Below, piece by piece: positions 1-10,080 of a stretch of DNA of 64,000 bases. Each line of letters starts with the position of its first letter. The stretch's first letter is position 1. Made by a program: the position numbers and the translations under genes. The DNA is from Escherichia phage JEP8. The notes beneath the pieces were generated by a model. The model searched no databases. It was not told where the DNA came from and was given only the letters and a program-made list of their open reading frames with translations. The stretch lies in the sequence record MT764208.1; one strand, written 5' to 3'.

Positions 1-886
1 ACGCTTTTTACCAGTCCAGAATCCACCGATACCCGCAGATTTCAATGGAGGACCAGCAATTGCCTCACGGTCCATAAACATCAAGTGCTCATAGTTGTTC
101 ATGTACTCGCATAACTCGCGATATCCCTCGTCGATAATAGGTTCCATTCGATGTTTACCGAAATTATCAAGGAAGTCAACAAGTTTTTCGGTATCGTCGA
201 AACGGTCTTCCCCACCAACCTTATCAATAACATTGTTAACCAGCACATAAACGGAGTCAGTATCACAATAACGAACATATGCAAAATCAGTTGTTCCGCA
301 AAGCTCGTTTAAGTATTCGTTAATCTTACGCTCAATCCACTGAATTGCAAGCTGACCGAACAGTGTGATCGCACTAGCGTTACGGAGATCATAAAAACGG
401 AATTTAGGATTCCCCAACGCACCATAAAGGGAGTTGATCAAAACTTTTCGAGAAAGCTGGTTTGTATTGCACAAGATCGACTCGTCTTTACATTCATCCA
501 GCAATTTCTCTAAGGCATCTTTACTTAATTCAGAAAGCATCGATTTAAACGCTTCGTCAAAGTCGTGACGCACTTCAACGCTATAGCTAATGGTTCCCCC
601 ATAAACATGATTTTCATCGTGTAGAATCGCTTTACAGAGTTCAGCATTGCGATCACATGCCAACATCATGTTTTTGTACTGCTTACGCTGATCGAATACC
701 TTTTTAATCTCAATCGGTACGATACCATGAATATCTTTTCGATACATCCATCCGTTAGGCGAGCAAGAATACTCATCACTAGGACGTGGTGCAGTTTTAT
801 TGATATACTCGTGCATCGGTGCAGCATCAAAAGATCCAGCGATTGTTTCCGGCGAAATGTTAACCTGACGGATGATTGATGGATAC
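1..886 (-). CDS. 43: DNA polymerase gp43, downstream (C-terminal) exon; 3' end lies beyond the window edge
   Basis: Minus-strand frame from 886 downward reads (G)-YPSIIRQVNISPETI..., continuing PolB motif A of T4 gp43 (FDLTSL|YPSII). In-frame TAA at 889-891 directly upstream and no in-frame ATG/GTG/TTG or RBS, so not an independent cistron. Window start reads ...PPLKSAGIGGFWTGKKR. Confidence 0.85.
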
Positions 887-2000
887 CATTATGTTCAGCG
901 CGGTTCGCTACTCCCGCGCCCGTTCTCTTGCGAACTGCTACATGTCACCATGTAGATCAGACTATATCACATTCTCATAGAGAATCCTGCCATTTCGAAT
1001 CGCTTGATTCTACTCTACTCGGTTCGTTACCCTTTCGATAGTCGTTGAACAACTGCATCTTTAAGCTCATTTTGATCAAACGGTGTTCTCTTACAGTACC
1101 CGCTATAATTCTTAGCAAAAGGTTTCTTCTTACCAAAGATCTCTTTTCCTGAATTATGTGCTTCAACAAGAAAATTCACCATTTCATCAAATGTGAAACT
1201 TGCAAATTTAGCATAAGTTTCATTACGTTTTGACATTATTTTACTCATAACTTCCGGTCGTTTAGACGCTGAATTTTCGCGTTTCTCGCCAGTATTAAAT
1301 GATACCAACTCACCGGAAACATATCTAGGATCATCACAACTAACTCTAAACCGATTTCCTTCATTATCCTTAACGATAACAGTATTCTTTAGCTTTTCTG
1401 CCATAGAATCAAGACCTTTTCGTATAGTGTCCTCATCAGCCCCGAAATATTTCTTTCCGCTCATATCGGTTCTGGCTTTTCCGGTCTTGTTTTCGGATAT
1501 TTTCAGTCTAACTTCCTCTCGCTTGGCTGGGTTATTGTCTCCAGCGAATGCATCTTTGGTTAACGCCTTCACTTTATCGTCATAAGATCCTCTAGAGATG
1601 AAAGCATATGCTCTCTTGCATTCACCGTTATTGAATATTAAGCACAATAACCGATGCGCCTCGACGTGGTCTTCAAACTTAAGCCTAACAAGATTCCATT
1701 TATCTAACCGATATTCAGGGAACATTGACTTCGGGCATATATGATGCACCTCGGAATATTCTTCACCCTGATACGGATTAGACACCAGTTTAATGTAGTC
1801 GTTTAATGCTTCCTCGTTATGTATTTCGTACTTTCTTAAAATGTCTTTCATCTCGCGCCTCCAATGTATATCAATATCTATATACATTATAAGACACGTT
1901 AGCTCAAAATGCAACTGCTGCTGATTGTCTCCTTAGAGATTTCCCAGCAATTAAGCAGGTTATTCGATCACTGTCACCAGTGAAAGCCCCATATCAGTTT
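887..2000 (-). mobile_element. Putative group I intron in gene 43 carrying an HNH homing endonuclease ORF
   Basis: Upstream exon ends ...ACU UCC CU (U at 2001); intervening sequence ends with G at 887; joining restores T-S-L-Y-P-S. GGGG at intron nt 11-14 can pair with exon CCCU (P1, G-U at splice site). P-like AAUUGCUGGGAAA and Q-like AAUCAGCAGC (UGCUG/CAGCA pairing), S-like GAUAUAGUC, and GNRA-capped hairpins (CACUG-GUGA-CAGUG; CUACAUG-GUGA-CAUGUAG). Confidence 0.6.
1027..1851 (-). CDS. HNH homing endonuclease (encoded inside the gene 43 intervening sequence)
   Basis: HNH motif EVHHICPKS...WNLVRL...EDHVEAH. ORF track 1027..1914 trimmed to the ATG at 1851 (MKDILRKYEIHNEE...), which has GGAGG 6 nt upstream. 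Confidence 0.8.
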   Translation of the reverse strand: MKDILRKYEIHNEEALNDYIKLVSNPYQGEEYSEVHHICPKSMFPEYRLDKWNLVRLKFEDHVEAHRLLCLIFNNGECKRAYAFISRGSYDDKVKALTKDAFAGDNNPAKREEVRLKISENKTGKARTDMSGKKYFGADEDTIRKGLDSMAEKLKNTVIVKDNEGNRFRVSCDDPRYVSGELVSFNTGEKRENSASKRPEVMSKIMSKRNETYAKFASFTFDEMVNFLVEAHNSGKEIFGKKKPFAKNYSGYCKRTPFDQNELKDAVVQRLSKG

Positions 2001-3202
2001 AGGGAAGTAAGGTCAAAGCTCATCATCCAACGGTAAGCATTCGGCACAGGTTCTTTTACAAATGCGCCTGGATAAGTCTGCTTAGGCTGTATCTTATTTT
2101 CCGGTACTACTTTACCCTCTGCTTTCAGAGATCCGAAGATAATAGCATCCCATACCTTCATCGGGTTATATACATGGTTAAACTTAATTTTCGCATAGAA
2201 ACATAGACTATACACAAGATCGATAAATCCACGCTTTTTATCAATCGCCAGCACACGGTCAACGTCGCCGATGTTATAATCGATGTAAAGTTGATGGTTG
2301 TCATCACGCAATTTCTTTAATGGACCATCATAATCAACCTTACCGATTCCTGTCTCATATTCAGCAACATAATCTAATGCATATGTTGGTTGAGTCGTAA
2401 AGCTAAATTTCTTGTACAGGTCAATATAATCAAGGCTTTCGATCCCCATGATCGTAAATGCTTCACGCTCGTTGCCAAAATCATCCTGTGAGATTCTGGA
2501 TTTAATCTTACCGCACGGGCTTAGACGGTTTGCCGTTCGACTTCCAAACTTATTCCCGATACGTTTAATGATATATGGAATATCGAATGTTTCTGTGTTC
2601 CAGCCAGTGAAACCAACGGGTCGGTTTTCCTCAAAGAATCGGATGTATTCTAACAGCAATTCATCTTCTGTGTCATAAACGTTATAAACAACGCGCTCCA
2701 CAATATCAGGTCGAAGAATAGACTTGCTTGCTTCCCAGATTTCACCGTTTTTTCCTTTCAAATCAAATACAAAGAAACGATCATGTAAGGAATCATAATG
2801 CGTAATTGCATCGATAGGATATTTCGCTTCTTCTGGTTTAGGAAATTCTGGGGCAGTGACCTCAATATCAACCCACGCTACACGGATTTTATTTCGGTCA
2901 TATCGAATCTCGCCTTTATATGTATCGGACAGATAGGAGATGATAAAATCATCCATCCCTAGTGCCTCTTGCCCCATTTCCCCCATCTTTTTACGCCATT
3001 TGTTGGCCTCGTTCATAGATGGGAATTTTTTAGCAATGCAAGGCTTGCCATAGATATCTTTATAATTCGTAACCATACCAGGCGCGGCATGATGAAATAA
3101 AGTTGGCGTATATTCAACGTAACGCTCTTGTTCTTGTCCAGCATCATCAATATAACGCTCGTAGATCTTATCACCCACTCGCTCACATGACAGAAAATAC
3201 AT
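2001..3202 (-). CDS. 43: DNA polymerase gp43, upstream (N-terminal) exon
   Basis: MYFLSCERVGDKIYERYIDD...DIEV...FDLTSL matches the T4 gp43 N-terminus and 3'-5' exonuclease region (DIEVT, YIDLY...). ATG at 3202 preceded by GGAGGA; the track start at 3232 is GTG. Frame stops with TGA (1994-1996) just past the proposed 5' splice site. Confidence 0.9.
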
Positions 3203-3234
3203 AATATAAACTCCTCCACTTACGAAAGACACTC

Positions 3235-3263
3235 ATTATAGGGGAATCGACTTGGTTTGTCAA
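3235..3263 (-). promoter_or_regulatory. sigma70-type early promoter upstream of gene 43 (TTGACA-N17-TATAAT)
   Basis: Minus strand: TTGACA (3263..3258), 17-nt spacer, TATAAT (3240..3235), then GGAGGA RBS and ATG at 3202. Confidence 0.6.
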
Positions 3264-3284
3264 TACCCCTATCCCATCAGTATC

Positions 3285-3647
3285 TTAGCGTCCGATCTGA
3301 TATTTCTCGATCAGAGTCCACTCTTCTTTCTGTTTGAAAGACAGTACACGGAAATTATTAACTTCGGTAGTTTCAAAATCACTATCAATTAGGGTACATA
3401 GATTCCACTGCGCCAGAAGTTTTGCAATGTTATTACGGCGTAATTCATCTTCCCACGTCATTTTAACACTACGACCATCTAATTTCAACAACTCCTTGAA
3501 ATGAACGATGTAATAGCGCCCTTTCTTCTGGAGAATATGACAAGACTGATACAGAGTCTTGTCTCGATTGTTGGCAATGCCGCAGCGGGTTAAAGTCTCC
3601 TTAATTTTAAGGAAGTTTTCAGGACTAATCAAATTAATTTCAATCAT
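3285..3647 (-). CDS. regA: Translational repressor RegA
   Basis: MIEINLISPENFLKIKETLTRCGIANNRDKTLYQSCHILQKKGRYYIVHFKE... closely matches T4 RegA; position between 62 and 43 as in T4. Confidence 0.9.
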   Translation of the reverse strand: MIEINLISPENFLKIKETLTRCGIANNRDKTLYQSCHILQKKGRYYIVHFKELLKLDGRSVKMTWEDELRRNNIAKLLAQWNLCTLIDSDFETTEVNNFRVLSFKQKEEWTLIEKYQIGR

Positions 3648-3648
3648 T

Positions 3649-4227
3649 TTACCACCTTTCTATAATCTTTTTAAGTCGTTTCCTTTCTGTCTGATTCTTA
3701 GTAACACCCGCCAAAAGTTCATCGGTCGCATACGGTTTAATGTGCTTCAATAACTTGTCCATATATCCCTTTTCATTAGCCAAATCGAGATAAAACCGGG
3801 CGTCATCCATATTTACACAATATGCTTTCGCCACTGCCGTTAAAACCAATTTTTGGTCCAATTCTTCTGTTAGTTTAGCCCATTTACCGTATCGTTTCCC
3901 CTTAGAAATACTCTGTAAGAGATAATCAAAATGCATTTGATCTGGGAGGCCATGACCGATTAAATTCATCACATACGCGCTATATAGACAATCTGCGTGC
4001 TGGGAAAGAGCGGTGTTAATCCATCTCTGGTTATATGCAGAATTGTTTCCCACATTAACGCGCTGTTTATCTAAGGTGATATGATCCATCAGAGCAAATA
4101 ATGCATTGTCGGTTTTCTCGGTGAACGTGTCCGCTAATTCAGACACCTTTTCCCAATCACGAGAGCGCCATGCAATTTCATGCTCGTTTAATTGTGTATC
4201 ATCTTCACCGAAAAATTGACCTAACAT
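3649..4227 (-). CDS. 62: Clamp loader small subunit gp62
   Basis: Size and position between 44 and regA; motifs NEHEIAW..DW, MNLIGHGL, KGKRYGKWAKL match T4 gp62. Confidence 0.85.
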   Translation of the reverse strand: MLGQFFGEDDTQLNEHEIAWRSRDWEKVSELADTFTEKTDNALFALMDHITLDKQRVNVGNNSAYNQRWINTALSQHADCLYSAYVMNLIGHGLPDQMHFDYLLQSISKGKRYGKWAKLTEELDQKLVLTAVAKAYCVNMDDARFYLDLANEKGYMDKLLKHIKPYATDELLAGVTKNQTERKRLKKIIERW

Positions 4228-5201
4228 TATACGAACTCCAATTCAACCATTAATTGCATTAACAAAAAGACAATGTGAATCTCTTTATCAGCCGCGTGCG
4301 CAAACATCTGATTATTTTCACCGATGATCTCAGTGAGACGAATAATCGACGCTGGCTTAACTTGAGTATACAACTCATTATAAAGTTTCTTGACAAATTG
4401 AGCGTATGTATTGGTATATCGTGGCGCAAGTTTACGCACATTAGCAAACTGTTTAGTTTTAAGTGCTTCCACTACATCGGTTACTTCGGTATTGCTACTT
4501 TCGATAACCATACTCAATACACCAGCATCAATTTTACCGTGTTTTGCGTAACGGTCCAAAAGTTTCATTACGCGCCGGAAATCTGGGAAGTTCTGCTTAA
4601 CCAGTTCCGCCAATACGCGCATTTCTTCTACTGGAACACCTTCTTTATCAAGAATTGCTTTACACCGGACGATCATTTCTTTCATCATGCGAAGCTGGTC
4701 ATCTTTAGTCGGAGATCCAAACGTGATTGGATCAAATCGAGATCTCAACGCTGGGATAATACCTTCTAGATCGTTTGCTGTGATAATGAAGGTCACATTG
4801 TTTGAGTATGCCTCGGAGAAACTACGCAAGTGTCTTTGAGCATCAGCCAGCCCTGCTCGGTCATACTCATCGATAATAACAACTTTGCCTTTTTCTCGTT
4901 TTTCTTCATCGAGTGATACACTCTGCGCAAAGCGTGTAATCTCATCTCGGATAAAGTCAATCTTACAATCTGCGCCGTTAACAAACAGATAATCAACACC
5001 CACATCTTCACAAAGCGCCTTAGCAACGGTTGTTTTACCAGTACCCGGCGATGGGCTATGCAGAATCATTGAAGGGATTCGGCCTTGTTTAACGATCTGC
5101 GCGAAGATCTTTTTATCTGCTTCCGGCAGAATACATTCAGAAATTGATTTCGGACGGTATTTCTGTTCCCACTGAAACTCATTTTCATTAACACTCAGCA
5201 T
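4227..5201 (-). CDS. 44: Clamp loader large subunit gp44 (AAA+ ATPase)
   Basis: Walker A SPSPGTGKTT, Walker B VVIIDEYD, EQKYRP N-terminal motif as in T4 gp44. Start set to ATG at 5201 (GAGAGGTG RBS). Confidence 0.9.
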   Translation of the reverse strand: MLSVNENEFQWEQKYRPKSISECILPEADKKIFAQIVKQGRIPSMILHSPSPGTGKTTVAKALCEDVGVDYLFVNGADCKIDFIRDEITRFAQSVSLDEEKREKGKVVIIDEYDRAGLADAQRHLRSFSEAYSNNVTFIITANDLEGIIPALRSRFDPITFGSPTKDDQLRMMKEMIVRCKAILDKEGVPVEEMRVLAELVKQNFPDFRRVMKLLDRYAKHGKIDAGVLSMVIESSNTEVTDVVEALKTKQFANVRKLAPRYTNTYAQFVKKLYNELYTQVKPASIIRLTEIIGENNQMFAHAADKEIHIVFLLMQLMVELEFV

Positions 5202-5265
5202 ATAATCACCTCTCACAAATTACATCATTAAAAAGGGGAGTATAATACTCCCCACAAACATTATA

Positions 5266-5952
5266 TTAGTCGGTGTAGCTGGAGTCAAGGTCACACGCGA
5301 TCATATAAGATACGGTTTCACTTGCCAGCCATACAGCCTTACGGCGAGTGAAGCTCAGTTTGTAATCACCGAAGTCAGTAGCAACCAGTTTCATGTTGTC
5401 TTTACGAATAAAGAAATGGAAGTCGGCGGTTCCGGTATATTCGCCCATGTCAAGACAAAACATCTCATTAGGATTGTTTTTGTCAATCTCTTCCCAGCCT
5501 TTGATCATCAGACGACCATCAATCGGTAGAAATTCAAGGCGGTCCACTTTAAGCTGATTGCTCATTTTCATAAGCTGTTTCAGATCGTCGTTGCTCAATT
5601 CGTAATCTACATCGCTTGCAGGTGGAGTAACTCGGCCTTTCGGTGATACGATAGCGGCAGCACTAGCACCAGGATAGTTAATTTTCAGTCGATCGTTAGA
5701 CACACGAATGTTTCCAGTGCGGTTATCAACCGTAATATCTGCTTCATCGCCTACCAGATTCAGAATACCCAAGAAAGAGTTAAGATCGTAAATCCCAATT
5801 TCGTGTTCCAGTTCTTGATTCAGAGTCGCTTCACCATATACAACGTTTGTCATGTTTTTGGTGATCAGCACATTTCCTTTTTTCAGGATGATACCTGGGT
5901 TAATAGCGGAAAAGTTTTTCAGGGTAGCAATGGTTTCTTTAGTCAGTTTCAT
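5266..5952 (-). CDS. 45: Sliding clamp gp45
   Basis: MKLTKETIATLKNFSAINPGIILK... matches T4 gp45 (MKLSKDTTALLKNFATINSGIMLK); 228 aa. Confidence 0.9.
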   Translation of the reverse strand: MKLTKETIATLKNFSAINPGIILKKGNVLITKNMTNVVYGEATLNQELEHEIGIYDLNSFLGILNLVGDEADITVDNRTGNIRVSNDRLKINYPGASAAAIVSPKGRVTPPASDVDYELSNDDLKQLMKMSNQLKVDRLEFLPIDGRLMIKGWEEIDKNNPNEMFCLDMGEYTGTADFHFFIRKDNMKLVATDFGDYKLSFTRRKAVWLASETVSYMIACDLDSSYTD

Positions 5953-5982
5953 CAAATCACCTTTATCATGTTAATCAATTAA

Positions 5983-6381
5983 TTACGGGTTCACTTCGTG
6001 CTCATTTTGAATCTTTAGCATTCTTTCGATAAATTTTTTCTCGGCTTCCTTATCGGATGAGTGAGTATACTTCAATCCAATGTAAGCTGTCAAGTATTGT
6101 TGCAGAGCATAGACAGTAACAGGATTCTTTGCGGTCTTTTTTCCGTCGAGATATACCAGATCACCACGAACATCAAACGCAAGTTTACGACGAATCACAT
6201 CATCAACAAATTTATCTAGGACAAAATACCACTCAATACACTCTATCCCGTGACGGTAGTTCATTACATCATTATCTTTGATATAATCAAACGGAATATG
6301 ACATAATTTACTATTTTGTAGGATGAATAGCATTTGTTCTTTTAAGCTCATACGTTTCATTCTATCACTTCCCATCAGCAA
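5983..6381 (-). CDS. Hypothetical protein at the rpbA position between 45 and 46
   Basis: 132-aa ORF; assignment by position and size only. Confidence 0.5.
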   Translation of the reverse strand: MLMGSDRMKRMSLKEQMLFILQNSKLCHIPFDYIKDNDVMNYRHGIECIEWYFVLDKFVDDVIRRKLAFDVRGDLVYLDGKKTAKNPVTVYALQQYLTAYIGLKYTHSSDKEAEKKFIERMLKIQNEHEVNP

Positions 6382-6757
6382 TTGCGATCAGACGAGTTAC
6401 TACTACGCTAGCGGCTTCAATCAGCAGTTCATCAGTGTCAATCTGATAACTTTTTTCGAGAATATCTTTACCTCGAATAGTTTTAGCGCCTTTAGCAATT
6501 GAATCATCGTAATACTTGCGCATTGCAGCGATCCATTCTTTTTGCACCATATCATCAATATGCGCGTACAGTTCAAAGCGTGCTTGCTGCGGGATAACCT
6601 TCATTTTAGCTTTCTCGCTTTCTGGCATTTGTAGTACCCACGCTTTACGGATCTTGTTCATTGCTCGGTCAAATTCGAGACTGGTTTTCTTGTTCTGAAT
6701 GTCTGCTACAGTAATTTTAGCCAGGTTTGCGGAAGTAGTCATAATATTAATCTCCAA
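6365..6757 (-). CDS. Hypothetical protein
   Basis: 130-aa ORF tiling with neighbours on the early-gene strand. Confidence 0.55.
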   Translation of the reverse strand: MEINIMTTSANLAKITVADIQNKKTSLEFDRAMNKIRKAWVLQMPESEKAKMKVIPQQARFELYAHIDDMVQKEWIAAMRKYYDDSIAKGAKTIRGKDILEKSYQIDTDELLIEAASVVVTRLIAIADGK

Positions 6758-6772
6758 AATAAAATCAGTATA

Positions 6773-7003
6773 TCACGTTCTAAAGTTTGTTGCAACCCCA
6801 GCATCAGGGTAATCAAGTTTATCAAATTTGGGGACCAGCATAAACTCATGATGACGACAAGACAACATTTTTGTTATGTCTTCATCGCTGTATATGCTGT
6901 TTTTCATATCCCCCATACTAACTACATATTCTTCACCGGAATATAGATTGATTAATGTATACAATTCTAACTCCGGCTGCGTTACTCTGTCAAATGTTAA
7001 CAT
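6773..7003 (-). CDS. Hypothetical small protein
   Basis: 76-aa ORF immediately upstream of gene 46. Confidence 0.45.
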   Translation of the reverse strand: MLTFDRVTQPELELYTLINLYSGEEYVVSMGDMKNSIYSDEDITKMLSCRHHEFMLVPKFDKLDYPDAGVATNFRT

Positions 7004-8687
7004 TCATTTCAGTGAATCGCCCACGTTTAACCATCTTGAGATGACGGCTAAAATCATCAGGGTTATGGTCACGATGGCTGATAATATACACGTTATCATC
7101 TAACTTGTCAATGATGGAATCAAGTGCTTTTACGCCTTGAACGTCAGTAGCCCCATCATAGATTTCATCGAGTACCAACAAAGAAATATTAGTACCAGAT
7201 ACTTTACCAGCAACATCACGCCATGTAAAGAGCATCGCAAGATCAATACGTGCTTTTTCGCCTTGACTGAATGATGTATACGAAAACGATTCACGCCCCC
7301 GTGATTTGATTGTTTCGTTAAACTCTTCATCTAACGTAAAGATATAATCCGCTTCCATGATCTCCAGATAATAAGCAATTCGATCATTGAAATATGGAAT
7401 ATATTTCTTGACGATAGACGCCTTAACACCGGAATCCTTCAACATTTCTGTTACAAATCCGCGATGATATTTTTCAAGAACTAGTTTTGATTTTTCATTG
7501 GTAATCTCTACCAGTTCGTGTTCCAGTTTAGCAAGTTCTTCGGAATTGTCAACCCTTTCTTTTTGTAATTCCTGAATTGCTTTCTGGATCTGTTTAGCCC
7601 GACCTACAGATGCCGTTAAATTAGCTCTCTGTGACTCTATAGCGCGTTTAATTTCCAAGACCTTAGTTTGTGCTGTCTGGAAAGAATTGGCTTTCTCTGC
7701 GTATTCTACGCGCTTCTCGTCAATCAGAGACAGCTTATGTTCTGCTTGTGCTTTTTGCTCGCGCACCGCTTGATCATTACCCTGAATGATCGGTTGTGTA
7801 CACGTAGGACAGACACCGCCTTTCTCGTGCATATGGATAACACGATCAAAGTTCTGGATCTGTGCCCCAATCTGTGCGATAGCCGTATTAATTTTAGCCA
7901 ATGCCGCGCTGGGATCTTCCGGCATAACAACAGCCAATAGCTCATCGGTCAAGCGAGTTTCTTCGGCTTTAAATGCTTTAGCCGATTCCACCTCTTTATC
8001 ATACATATTCTGTAAACGCTGGAGATTCTCGGCACTCGCCTTGCTAGCGTCTTCTATGTACTTTTTATGAGTGTTGATTTGTTGCTGAACGTGATTAGCT
8101 TTCATTTCCTGCATTTGGATATTCTGGGTAATCTCGCGCACATACGCTTTATTCAGTTTATCCATTTCGCCTAGCGTAGCAATATCAAGCAAATCCTCGA
8201 CCAGCTTACGGCGACCCGCTGCCGGAAGACTCATAAACGGAACATAACCCGCAGTGCCTAAAACAACAATCTGCTTAAAGCTGGCTAGGTTCATGCCTAT
8301 GATACCTTCAAAATATTCCTGAAAGTCTTTGGTGCTTGCGCTCTCATCGATCTTTTGACCGTCGCGATGCACTTCGAATACTTCCGGCTTTTGTCCACGT
8401 TTAATATAAAATTCTTTCCCGTCCAGTTCAAACCAGACTTCGACTAACAGTTTCTTTTTGTTGACGCTGTTAATCAATTGGCCTTTCTTGATACTACGAA
8501 ACGGTTTACCAAACAATACAAAGCAAAGCGCCTCGATCATTGTTGATTTACCAGCACCGTTAACACCAGTGATCAGTGTCTTTTTGAATCCGTCTAGCTG
8601 AATCTCAACAGGTTCAGCACCCACGCTCATTATATTTTGATAGCGCAAGGTTTTAAAATTTAACTTTGCCATTAAGCCACTCCGCAA
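6990..8687 (-). CDS. 46: Recombination endonuclease subunit gp46 (SbcC/Rad50-like ATPase)
   Basis: Walker A GVNGAGKST, zinc-hook CPTC, long central coiled coil, C-terminal signature and D-loop (LLVLDEIYDG); 565 aa as in T4 gp46. Confidence 0.9.
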   Translation of the reverse strand: MRSGLMAKLNFKTLRYQNIMSVGAEPVEIQLDGFKKTLITGVNGAGKSTMIEALCFVLFGKPFRSIKKGQLINSVNKKKLLVEVWFELDGKEFYIKRGQKPEVFEVHRDGQKIDESASTKDFQEYFEGIIGMNLASFKQIVVLGTAGYVPFMSLPAAGRRKLVEDLLDIATLGEMDKLNKAYVREITQNIQMQEMKANHVQQQINTHKKYIEDASKASAENLQRLQNMYDKEVESAKAFKAEETRLTDELLAVVMPEDPSAALAKINTAIAQIGAQIQNFDRVIHMHEKGGVCPTCTQPIIQGNDQAVREQKAQAEHKLSLIDEKRVEYAEKANSFQTAQTKVLEIKRAIESQRANLTASVGRAKQIQKAIQELQKERVDNSEELAKLEHELVEITNEKSKLVLEKYHRGFVTEMLKDSGVKASIVKKYIPYFNDRIAYYLEIMEADYIFTLDEEFNETIKSRGRESFSYTSFSQGEKARIDLAMLFTWRDVAGKVSGTNISLLVLDEIYDGATDVQGVKALDSIIDKLDDNVYIISHRDHNPDDFSRHLKMVKRGRFTEMNVNI

Positions 8688-8916
8688 TCACACATTCCAT
8701 AATATTAAATGCTAACACATCTTCATCAATGTTGTAAACACTTGCAGCCTTCACTTTAACTAGTGTGTCTCTGCGATCTGGCAACATGATCACATAATCC
8801 AGTGTCGCCGGATCATATGTCATAAAGGGATCAATGTAAATCCCTTTATTCAATGCCAGATATTCGCGAAGACCTTCTATAACCCTGTGTCTAAGGTAGG
8901 TCATCGATAGAATCAT
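8653..8916 (-). CDS. Hypothetical protein
   Basis: 87-aa ORF between 46 and 47. Confidence 0.5.
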   Translation of the reverse strand: MILSMTYLRHRVIEGLREYLALNKGIYIDPFMTYDPATLDYVIMLPDRRDTLVKVKAASVYNIDEDVLAFNIMECVIAEWLNGKVKF

Positions 8917-9509
8917 TTTAGTTTATGTTCCTCTAAAAATTCTTCAATTTCACCTTGCAGGTCTTCCGCTTGCTGTTCCAGAATATCGCGAAATTCACCT
9001 ACAGTCAAGCGGTGATCACATTTCACCAGTCTATGCGGGAGAATATACCCCTTGTACATTGTCTCTGACGCTTCCAGGAATACCCCGCTATGCATGACAG
9101 AGATCCAACCTGTTAGAGTCAATGGAGTATTCGGAAAATAATATTTGCTGGATTGTTTCCACTGGACGAAAGCACCATATACAATCGGATTATATTCACC
9201 AACCACACTCTTAATAATAGCTTCTACTTTGTCTTTTACAAATACGCCCATATCCATATTGATCATCAATTCTTGTGGATGTATCACTTTAAGATAACGA
9301 TGATAACCATCATCATAATACAGCTTAACCACTGGCTGACCCCACGTAGATGAAATATTCGCTTTCAGATAACCATAAATCGGATTCTTGTAATGTGATT
9401 GTTTTATCGTGTAGTTATGCAACAGCGTAATAAAATGTTGCATTACCAATTTATCTGGATCAGCCGCGACCATAGTCGTATTCATAATATGTTCCCCCTT
9501 CAATCTCAT
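8913..9509 (-). CDS. Hypothetical protein
   Basis: 198-aa ORF between 46 and 47. Confidence 0.55.
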   Translation of the reverse strand: MRLKGEHIMNTTMVAADPDKLVMQHFITLLHNYTIKQSHYKNPIYGYLKANISSTWGQPVVKLYYDDGYHRYLKVIHPQELMINMDMGVFVKDKVEAIIKSVVGEYNPIVYGAFVQWKQSSKYYFPNTPLTLTGWISVMHSGVFLEASETMYKGYILPHRLVKCDHRLTVGEFRDILEQQAEDLQGEIEEFLEEHKLK

Positions 9510-9777
9510 ATTGTTTCAGGTCTTCTAAAAGTTCATCCATTGCTTGTTTCAGCACATGACGCAGCGTAAAGTAATAGCTTTCATCAAATTCTATTTCATC
9601 GCGAGGAATAGAGCGAAACTTACACTTAACGGTAGTGTCAGTGAGTCGCTTTTCGAGCATCATCCGAACTTCTTCATGCTCTTTGGAATACCATACATCA
9701 ACGGAGATCCCCTTACGGCGAGCAAACATAGGCAACGCTGCATTAAATTCCATTACTTTTTGTGCAAGTGTTTTCAT
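9460..9777 (-). CDS. Hypothetical protein
   Basis: 105-aa ORF; start may be internal. Confidence 0.45.
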   Translation of the reverse strand: MKTLAQKVMEFNAALPMFARRKGISVDVWYSKEHEEVRMMLEKRLTDTTVKCKFRSIPRDEIEFDESYYFTLRHVLKQAMDELLEDLKQYEIEGGTYYEYDYGRG

Positions 9778-10025
9778 CGTACAGACTCCATAGACCCACG
9801 AGCAATAACATTCTGGGTAATATCAGCAACCTTACGGGATACGATGGTTGCTAGTTCCAGTCTAGTGATATTGTCTCGGTCGAAAGGAATTTCATCATGT
9901 GTCCACATCCCGTAATTAGAACGGAAGGATAGCATATGTTGACCATTCCGAACAACCTCAAAAACTCGGATCTTAGTAAACTTCTCTAAACTTGCGTTAA
10001 ATTCTTTCAGTGTGTCGGTAATCAT
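9774..10025 (-). CDS. Hypothetical protein
   Basis: 83-aa ORF directly upstream of gene 47. Confidence 0.5.
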   Translation of the reverse strand: MITDTLKEFNASLEKFTKIRVFEVVRNGQHMLSFRSNYGMWTHDEIPFDRDNITRLELATIVSRKVADITQNVIARGSMESVR

Positions 10026-10080
10026 AATAACCTCCCATCAATTTTTTAGAGAGTATAACGGGGATTTCTCCCCGCGTCAA

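Noticed and set aside
99-284. 61-aa minus-strand ORF inside the gene 43 downstream exon
   Set aside because: It is out of frame with the polymerase reading frame that spans the whole region.
975-1169. 64-aa minus-strand ORF overlapping the 3' end of the HNH endonuclease gene
   Set aside because: It is an alternative frame across the endonuclease C-terminus and the structured 3' part of the intervening sequence; no RBS.
887-2000. Intein in DNA polymerase gp43 as the explanation for the interruption
   Set aside because: The intervening sequence has in-frame stop codons at both exon junctions and an independently initiated endonuclease ORF with its own RBS. An intein would be one continuous in-frame fusion.
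4275-4769. Plus-strand ORFs embedded in minus-strand genes (also 7786..8070, 11589..12101, 18727..19116, 21512..21871)
   Set aside because: They lie entirely antisense to well-supported conserved genes (44, 46, 55, nrdD and a paralog-family gene) and lack RBS or promoter signals; treated as chance ORFs.
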